DNA of 64,000 nt, taken from assembly GCF_009914755.1 (NCBI RefSeq), contig NC_060948.1, one strand, 5' to 3'. The DNA comes from the human T2T-CHM13v2.0 reference genome, Homo sapiens. Shown in pieces: positions 54,727 through 64,000 of this stretch. Made by a program: the position numbers and the translations under genes. The notes beneath the pieces were generated by a model. The model was not told the origin of the DNA. It saw only the letters and a list, made by a program, of their open reading frames with translations, and ran no database searches. The first letter of the stretch is position 1; every line of letters starts with the position of its first letter.

Positions 54727-57700
54727 ATGGAATGGAATGCAATGGAATCTAATGAAACGGAAAGGAAAGGAATGGAATGGAATGGAATGGGCTGGAATGG
54801 AAAGGAATCGAAACGAATGGAATGGAATCGAACTGAAGAGACTGGAATGGAATGCACTGGAATGGAAGGGAGTGTAATGGAAGGTTCTCGAAAAAAATGG
54901 AATCGAATGGAATGGAATTGAATGGAACGGAATAGAGTCGAATGGAATTGAATGGAATGGAATGGACTAGAGTGAAATGGAATCGAACCACAAGGAATGG
55001 ACAGGAATAGAATGGTCTCGAATTGAATGGAATCGTATGGAATGGCATCAAACGGAATGGAATGGACAGCCACGGAATGGAATGCACTCGAATGCAATGG
55101 AGTCGAAACTAATGGACTGGAATAGAATGGACTCGACTGGTACGGACTCCAATGGAATGGAATCGAATGGAAGGGAATCGAACGGAAGGGAATCGAACGG
55201 AATGGACTCGAAGGGAAAAGACTGCAATGGAAAGGTCTCGAATGGAATGGAAATTAATGGAATGGAATGGAATCGAATGAAATGGAGTCAAAAGGAATGG
55301 AATCGAATGGCAAGAAATCGAATGTAATGGAATCGCCAGGAATTGATGTGAACGGAACGGAATGGAATGGAATCCAAAGGAATGGAATAGAATGGAATGG
55401 AATCGAATGGAAAGGACTCGAATGGAAATCACTCGAATAGAATGCAATTTAATAAAATAGGATCAAATGTAATGGAATGGAATGGAAAGGAATCGAAACG
55501 AAAGGAATGGAGACAGATGGAATGGAATGGAACAGAGAGCAATGGTATAGAATGGAATGGAATCATCTGGAATGGAATTGAATGGAATGGAATAATATGA
55601 AATGGAATGGAATGGAATGGAATGGAATGCCCTTGAATTAAATGGACTGGAATGGAATGGACTCAAACAGAGTGGAATGGAAAGTGTGGAGATAGAATGG
55701 AATGAACTCCTTTGGAATGGTGTAGTATGCAATGCAATCGACTGGCAGGGAATCAAAAGGAATGTAATCGAATGGATTGGACTGGAATGCAATGGACTCG
55801 AATAGATTGGAAACGGAATGCAAAGGAATGGAATGGAATAGTATGGAATGCAATGGAAGGGAATGGAGTGGAATAGACTAGAGTGGAATGGAATGGACTG
55901 GAAAGCAATGGACTGAAATGGAACTTTCCTGAATGGACTGGAATCAAACGGAATGGAATGCAATGCAATCAAATGGCATGGAATAAAATAGAATGAAAGA
56001 GAATCAAATGGAATTGAATCGAATGGAATCGAATGGATTGGAAAGGAATAGAATGGAATGGAATGGAATTGACTCAAATGGAATGGACTAGAATGGAATG
56101 GATTCGAATGGAAGGCAAAGGAATGGAATCTATTGGAATGGACTGTAATGGAATGGAATGGAAGGGATTGGAATGGACTCGAATGGAATGGACTGCAATA
56201 GAAAGGATTCGAATGGAATGAAAAAGAATTGAATGGAATAGAACAGAATGGAATCAAATCGAATGAAATGGAATGGAATAGAAAGGAATGGAATGAAATG
56301 GAATGGAAAGGATTCGAATGGAATGCAATCGAATGGAATGGAATCGAACGGAATGGAATAAAATGGAAGAAAACTGGCAAGAAATGGAATCGAAATGAAT
56401 GGAGTGTTATGGAACGGACTCAAAAGGAATTGAATGTAATAGAATGGAGTGGAGTGGACTCGAATATAATGGACTGGAATGGAATGAAATCACATGGAAT
56501 GGGAACGAATGGAATGGAATGGAAAGGAATGGAATCGAATGGAAAGGAATCGAATGGAAGGGAATGAAATTGAATCAACAGGAATGGAAGGGAATAGAAT
56601 AGACGGTAATGGAATGGACTCGAATAGAATGGACACGAATGCTCAAATTAAATGGACTCGAATGGAATGGAAACGAAAGGAATGTCATCGAATGGAATTG
56701 AATCGATTGGAATGAAATCGCATAGAATGGAGTGGAATCAAATGGAATTGAATCGAAAGGAAAGGAAGCGAATGGACTGAAATGAAATGGAATGGAATTG
56801 AATGGAAAGTAATGCAATGGAATAGAATGGAACGAAATTTCACGGAATGGAATCAAACTGAATGGAATCAAATCAATGGAATCAAATCAAATGGAATGGA
56901 AAGGAATTGAATGGAGTAGATGGGATTGGATGGGATTGGAATGAAATGTACTGGAAAGGACTCGAATTTCATGAAACGGAATGGAATGAATTGGAACGGA
57001 ATGGACTCGAATGGAATGGAATGTCATGGGATGGCATCAAACGGAATGGCATCAAATGGAATGGAATCGAATGCAATGGAATGCTATGGAATGGAATGGA
57101 ATGCATTGGAATGGAATGTCCTCTAATGGAATGGATTCGAGTGGAATGGAATTGAATATAATGGAGTCGAATGAAATGGAATTGAAAGGAATGGGATCGA
57201 ATACAATGGAATATACTGGAATGTAACGTAATGAACTCGAATGTAATTGACTGGAATGGAATGTACATGAATGGAATGTAATCGAATGGAAAGTAATCCA
57301 ATGGAATAGAATCTAATGCAATAAAATCGACTCAGATAGAGTAGAATGTAATGGAATGGAGTGCAGTGCAATGGAATGGAATGGAATAGAATGCAATGGA
57401 ATGGAATGGAATGGAATGGGATGGAATGGTATGGAATGGATAGTAATGGACTGGAGTGAAATGGACTGGAAAGGAATGGACTCAAATTGAAAGGGCACGA
57501 AAGGAATGGAGTCAAATGGAATGGTCTGGAATGGAATGAACACGAATGTAATGCAACCCAATAGAATGGAATCGAATGGCATGGAATATAAAGAAATGGA
57601 ATCGAAGAGAATGGAAACAAATGGAATGGAATTGAATGGAATGGGAACGAATGGAGTGAAATTGTATGCAGTAGAAGTGAATAGAATGGAATGCAAGCGA

Positions 57701-60700
57701 AAGGAAAGGAATGGATTGGAATGGAATGGAATTCATTGGAATGGAAGGGAATGTAGTGTAATGGACAGGCCTGGAATAAAGTGGAATGCTACGGTCTCGA
57801 ATGGAATAAAAATGTATGGAATGGAATGCAATGAAACGGAATCGAATGTCATAGAATGTAATGGAATGCAAAAAAATGGAATCCAAAATCATTGACTGGA
57901 AAGGCTGGGTGTCGAAAGGAATTGACTCCAATGGAATGGAATCGAATGGAATGGAAGTGAATAGAATCGAACTAAATCGAATGGAATGGAATTGATAGGA
58001 ACGGAATGGAAAGGAATGCAATGATTTGGCATGGAATGGAATCGAATGGCATCGAATGGAATGGAATGGAATGCAATGGAATGGAATGTATTAGAATGTA
58101 ATGAACTTTAATGGAATGTACTCGAATGGATTCGACTGGAATGGAATGTTCTGGAAGTGAATGGACTCCAATGGAATGGATTCAAAAGGAATGGAATCGT
58201 ACGGAATGGAATCTAATGGAATGGAATTAAATGGAAATGAATCAAATTGAATAGCACGGAATTGAATTGAATGGAATGGAATGCAATGGAATCTAATGAA
58301 ACGGAAAGGAAAGGAATGGAATGGAATGGAATGGGCTGGAATGGAAAGGAATCGAAACGAATGGAATGGAATCGAACTGAAGAGACTGGAATGGAATGCA
58401 CTGGAATGGAAGGGAGTGTAATGGAAGGTTGTCGAAAAAAATGGAATCGAATGGAATGGAATTGAATGGAACGGAATAGAGTCGAATGGAATTGAATGGA
58501 ATGGAATGGACTAGAGTGAAATGGAATCGAACCACAAGGAATGGACAGGAATAGAATGGTCTCGAATTGAATGGAATCGTATGGAATGGCATCAAACGGA
58601 ATGGAATGGACAGCCACGGAATGGAATGCACTCGAATGCAATGGAGTCGAAACTAATGGACTGGAATAGAATGGACTCGACTGGTACGGACTCCAATGGA
58701 ATGGAATCGAATGGAAGGGAATCGAACGGAAGGGAATCGAACGGAATGGACTCGAAGGGAAAAGACTGCAATGGAAAGGTCTCGAATGGAATGGAAATTA
58801 ATGGAATGGAATGGAATCGAATGAAATGGAGTCAAAAGGAATGGAATCGAATGGCAAGAAATCTAATGTAATGGAATCGCCAGGAATTGATGTGAACGGA
58901 ACGGAATGGAATGGAATCCAAAGGAATGGAATAGAATGGAATGGAATCGAATGGAAAGGACTCCAATGGAAATCACTCGAATAGAATGCAATTTAATAAA
59001 ATAGGATCAAATGTAATGGAATGGAATGGAAAGGAATCGAAACGAAAGGAATGGAGACAGATGGAATGGAATGGAACAGAGAGCAATGGTATAGAATGGA
59101 ATGGAATCATCTGGAATGGAATTGAATGGAATGGAATAATATGAAATGGAATGGAATGGAATGGAGTGGAATGCCCTTGAATTAAATGGACTGGAATGGA
59201 ATGGACTCAAACAGAGTGGAATGGAAAGTGTGGAGATAGAATGGAATGAACTCCTTTGGAATGGTGTAGTATGCAATGCAATCGACTGGCAGGGAATCAA
59301 AAGAAATGTAATCGAATGGATTGGACTGGAATGCAATGGACTCGAATAGATTGGAAACGGAATGCAAAGGAATGGAATGGAATAGTATGGAATGCAATGG
59401 AAGGGAATGGAGTGGAATAGACTAGAGTGGAATGGAATGGACTGGAAAGCAATGGACTGGAATGGAACTTTCTTGGATGGACTGGAATCAAACGGAATGG
59501 AATGCAATGCAATCAAATGGCATGGAATAAAATAGAATGAAAGAGAATCAAATGGAATTGAATCGAATGGAATCGAATGGATTGGAAATGAATAGAATGG
59601 AATGGAATGGAATTGACTCAAATGGAATGGACTAGAATGGAATGGATTCGAATGGAAGGCAAAGGAATGGAATCTATTGGAATGGACTGTAATGGAATGG
59701 AATGGAAGGGATTGGAATGGACTCGAATGGAATGGACTGCAATAGAAAGGATTCGAATGGAATGAAAAAGAATTGAATGGAATAGAACAGAATGGAATCA
59801 AATCGAATGAAATGGAATGGAATAGAAAGGAATGGAATGAAATGGAATGGAAAGGATTCGAATGTAATGCAATCGAATGGAATGGAATCGAACGGAATGG
59901 AATAAAATGGAAGAAAACTGGCAAGAAATGGAATCGAAATGAATGGAGTGTTATGGAACGGACTCAAACGGAATTGAATGTAATAGAATGGAGTGGAGTG
60001 GACTCGAATATAATGGACTGGAATGGAATGAAATCACATGGAATGGGAACGAATGGAATGGAATGGAAAGGAATGGAATCGAATGGAAAGGAATCGAATG
60101 GAAGGGAATGAAATTGAATCAACAGGAATGGAAGGGAATAGAATAGACTGTAATGGAATGGACTCGAATAGAATGGACACGAATGCTCAAATTAAATGGA
60201 CTCGAATGGAATGGAAACGAAAGGAATGTCATCGAATGGAATTGAATCGATTGGAATGAAATCGCATAGAATGGAGTGGAATCAAATGGAATTGAATCGA
60301 AAGGAAAGGAAGCGAATGGACTGAAATGAAATGGAATGGAATTGTATGGAAAGTAATGCAATGGAATAGAATGGAACGAAATTTCACGGAATGGAATCAA
60401 ACTGAATGGAATCAAATCAATGGAATCAAATCAAATGGAATGGAAAGGAATTGAATGGAGTAGATGGGATTGGATGGGATTGGAATGAAATGTACTGGAA
60501 AGGACTCGAATTTCATGAAACGGAATGGAATGAATTGGAACGGAATGGACTCGAATGGAATGGAATGTCATGGGATGGCATCAAATGGAATGGCATCAAA
60601 TGGAATGGAATCGAATGCAATGGAATGCTGTGGAATGGAATGGAATGCATTGGAATGGAATGTCCTCTAATGGAATGGATTCGAGTGGAATGGAATTGAA

Positions 60701-63700
60701 TATAATGGAGTCGAATGAAATGGAATTGAAAGGAATGGGATCGAATACAATGGAATATACTGGAATGTAACGTAATGAACTCGAATGTAATTGACTGGAA
60801 TGGAATGTACATGAATGGAATGTAATCGAATGGAAAGTAATCCAATGGAATAGAATCTAATGCAATAAAATCGACTCAGATAGAGTAGAATGTAATGGAA
60901 TGGAGTGCAGTGCAATGGAATGGAATGGAATGGAATGCAATGGAATGGAATGGAATGGAATGGAATGGAATGGAATGGGATGGAATGGTATGGAATGGAT
61001 AGTAATAGACTGGAGTGAAATGGACTGGAAAGGAATGGACTCAAATTGAAAGGGCTCGAAAGGAATGGAGTCAAATGGAATGGTCTGGAATGGAATGAAC
61101 ACGAATGTAATGCAACCCAATAGAATGGAATCGAATGGCATGGAATATAAAGAAATGGAATCGAAGAGAATGGAAACAAATGGAATGGAATTGAATGGAA
61201 TGGAATTGAATGGAATGGGAACGAATGGAGTGAAATTGTATGCAGTAGAAGAGAATAGAATGGAATGCAAGCGAAAGGAAAGGAATGGATTGGAATGGAA
61301 TGGAATTCATTGGAATGGAAGGGAATGTAGTGTAATGGACAGGCCTGGAATAAAGTGGAATGCTACGGTCTCGAATGGAATAAAAATGTATGGAATGGAA
61401 TGCAATGAAACGGAATCGAATGTCATAGAATGTAATGGAATGCAAAAAAATGGAATCCAAAATCATTGACTGGAAAGGCTGGGTGTCGAAAGGAATTGAC
61501 TCCAATGGAATGGAATCGAATGGAATGGAAGTGAATAGAATCGAACTAAATCGAATGGAATGGAATTGATAGGAACGGAATGGAAAGGAATGCAATGATT
61601 TGGCATGGAATGGAATCGAATGGCATCGAATGGAATGGAATGGAATGCAATGGAATGGAATGTATTAGAATGGAATGAACTTTAATGGAATGTACTCGAA
61701 TGGATTCGACTGGAATGGAATGTTCTGGAAGTGAATGGACTCCAATGGAATGGATTCAAAAGGAATGGAATCGTACGGAATGGAATCTAATGGAATGGAA
61801 TTAAATGGAAATGAATCAAATTGAATAGCACGGAATTGAATTGAATGGAATGGAATGCAATGGAATCTAATGAAACGGAAAGGAAAGGAATGGAATGGAA
61901 TGGAATGGGCTGGAATGGAAAGGAATCGAAACGAATGGAATGGAATCGAACTGAAGAGACTGGAATGGAATGCACTGGAATGGAAGGGAGTGTAATGGAA
62001 GGTTGTCGAAAAAAATGGAATCGAATGGAATGGAATTGAATGGAACGGAATAGAGTCGAATGGAATTGAATGGAATGGAATGGACTAGAGTGAAATGGAA
62101 TCGAACCACAAGGAATGGACAGGAATAGAATGGTCTCGAATTGAATGGAATCGTATGGAATGGCATCAAACGGAATGGAATGGACAGCCACGGAATGGAA
62201 TGCACTCGAATGCAATGGAGTCGAAACTAATGGACTGGAATAGAATGGACTCGACTGGTACGGACTCCAATGGAATGGAATCGAATGGAAGGGAATCGAA
62301 CGGAAGGGAATCGAACGGAATGGACTCGAAGGGAAAAGACTGCAATAGAAAGGTCTCGAATGGAATGGAAATTAATGGAATGGAATGGAATCGAATGAAA
62401 TGGAGTCAAAAGGAATGGAATCGAATGGCAAGAAATCTAATGTAATGGAATCGCCAGGAATTGATGTGAACGGAACGGAATGGAATGGAATCCAAAGGAA
62501 TGGAATAGAATGGAATGGAATCGAATGGAAAGGACTCGAATGGAAATCACTCGAATAGAATGCAATTTAATAAAATAGGATCAAATGTAATGGAATGGAA
62601 TGGAAAGGAATCGAAACGAAAGGAATGGAGACAGATGGAATGGAATGGAACAGAGAGCAATGGTATAGAATGGAATGGAATCATCTGGAATGGAATTGAA
62701 TGGAATGGAATAATATGAAATGGAATGGAATGGAATGGAATGGAATGCCCTTGAATTAAATGGACTGGAATGGAATGGACTCAAACAGAGTGGAATGGAA
62801 AGTGTGGAGATAGAATGGAATGAACTCCTTTGGAATGGTGTAGTATGCAATGCAATCGACTGGCAGGGAATCAAAAGGAATGTAATCGAATGGATTGGAC
62901 TGGAATGCAATGGACTCGAATAGATTGGAAACGGAATGCAAAGGAATGGAATGGAATAGTATGGAATGCAATGGAAGGGAATGGAGTGGAATAGACTAGA
63001 GTGGAATGGAATGGACTGGAAAGCAATGGACTGGAATGGAACTTTCTTGGATGGACTGGAACCAAACGGAATGGAATGCAATGCAATCAAATGGCATGGA
63101 ATAAAATAGAATGAAAGAGAATCAAATGGAATTGAATCGAATGGAATCGAATGGATTGGAAAGGAATAGAATGGAATGGAATGGAATTGACTCAAATGGA
63201 ATGGACTAGAATGGAATGGATTCGAATGGAAGGCAAAGGAATGGAATCTATTGGAATGGACTGTAATGGAATGGAATGGAAGGGATTGGAATGGACTCGA
63301 ATGGAATGGACTGCAATAGAAAGGATTCGAATGGAATGAAAAAGAATTGAATGGAATAGAACAGAATGGAATCAAATCGAATGAAATGGAATGGAATAGA
63401 AAGGAATGGAATGAAATGGAATGGAAAGGATTCGAATGGAATGCAATCGAATGGAATGGAATCGAACGGAATGGAATAAAATGGAAGAAAACTGGCAAGA
63501 AATGGAATCGAAATGAATGGAGTGTTATGGAACGGACTCAAAAGGAATTGAATGTAATAGAATGGAGTGGAGTGGACTCGAATATAATGGACTGGAATGG
63601 AATGAAATCACATGGAATGGGAACGAATGGAATGGAATGGAAAGGAATGGAATCGAATGGAAAGGAATCGAATGGAAGGGAATGAAATTGAATCAACAGG

Positions 63701-64000
63701 AATGGAAGGGAATAGAATAGACTGTAATGGAATGGACTCGAATAGAATGGACACGAATGCTCAAATTAAATGGACTCGAATGGAATGGAAACGAAAGGAA
63801 TGTCATCGAATGGAATTGAATCGATTGGAATGAAATCGCATAGAATGGAGTGGAATCAAATGGAATTGAATCGAAAGGAAAGGAAGCGAATGGACTGAAA
63901 TGAAATGGAATGGAATTGAATGGAAAGTAATGCAATGGAATAGAATGGAACGAAATTTCACGGAATGGAATCAAACTGAATGGAATCAAATCAATGGAAT
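54727..64000 (+). repeat. Units U17 (3544 bp), U18 (3574 bp) and partial U19, subfamily II
   Basis: Anchors 54727, 58271, 61845. The 15-bp duplication and subfamily II alleles are present. Confidence 0.87.

Larger units (their letters stand above)
1..64000 (+). repeat. DYZ1: Human satellite 3 (HSat3) array, DYZ1-type ~3.56 kb repeat (Yq12 heterochromatin)
   Basis: Degenerate GGAAT pentamers throughout, rich in TCGA variants. Unique landmarks (CAGCCACGG, GCCCTTG, GGCTGGGTGTCG, ACAGGCCTGG) recur every 3543-3579 bp. Normally one EcoRI (e.g. 3148-3153) and one HaeIII site (3187-3190) per unit, as in the classical ~3.56 kb DYZ1 unit. The HSat3 call is certain; the DYZ1/Y assignment rests on unit length and restriction pattern. 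Confidence 0.95.

Noticed and set aside
131-63833. + strand MEWNG-repeat ORFs of 60-137 aa
   Set aside because: Direct translation of (GGAAT)n, overlapping in all frames; a known source of spurious protein predictions.
1-64000. CRISPR-like or repeat-spacer array
   Set aside because: No constant repeat with unique spacers; all sequence is degenerate pentamer repeated at unit scale.
1-64000. DYZ2/HSat1B, Alu, L1 or alpha-satellite insertion, or an inversion
   Set aside because: No AT-rich DYZ2 block, poly(A) tail or non-pentamer segment was seen, and orientation never flips.
1-64000. HSat2 or telomeric repeat identity
   Set aside because: Lacks the HSat2 CATTCGATTC/GATGAT 23-26 bp periodicity and TTAGGG tracts; the ~3.56 kb unit fits HSat3/DYZ1.

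Overview
The whole 64 kb window is one uninterrupted, single-orientation array of human satellite 3 (HSat3; degenerate (GGAAT)n on the + strand, (CATTC)n on the - strand). It is organised in a ~3.56 kb repeat that normally carries one EcoRI site and one HaeIII/StuI site, which matches the Y-chromosome Yq12 DYZ1 satellite. Using the recurring anchor ATGGAATGGAATGCAATGGAATCTAATGAAAC, units start at 131, 3690, 7239, 10783, 14352, 17911, 21490, 25069, 28648, 32227, 35771, 39315, 42858, 46436, 49087, 52666, 54727, 58271 and 61845 (U1-U19, U19 partial). No genes, RNA genes or transposons are supported, and all listed ORFs are translations of the pentamer. The notable structure lies inside the satellite: three perfect tripartite heat-shock elements per ancestral unit with subtype-specific loss of two of them; a switch between two unit subfamilies near 17.4-18.3 kb; two internally deleted units (-903 and -1503 bp) with microhomology junctions and left breakpoints 50 bp apart; four clustered pentamer phase-shift sites per unit; and recombinant or duplicated blocks. 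I found no evidence of a novel protein-coding system.
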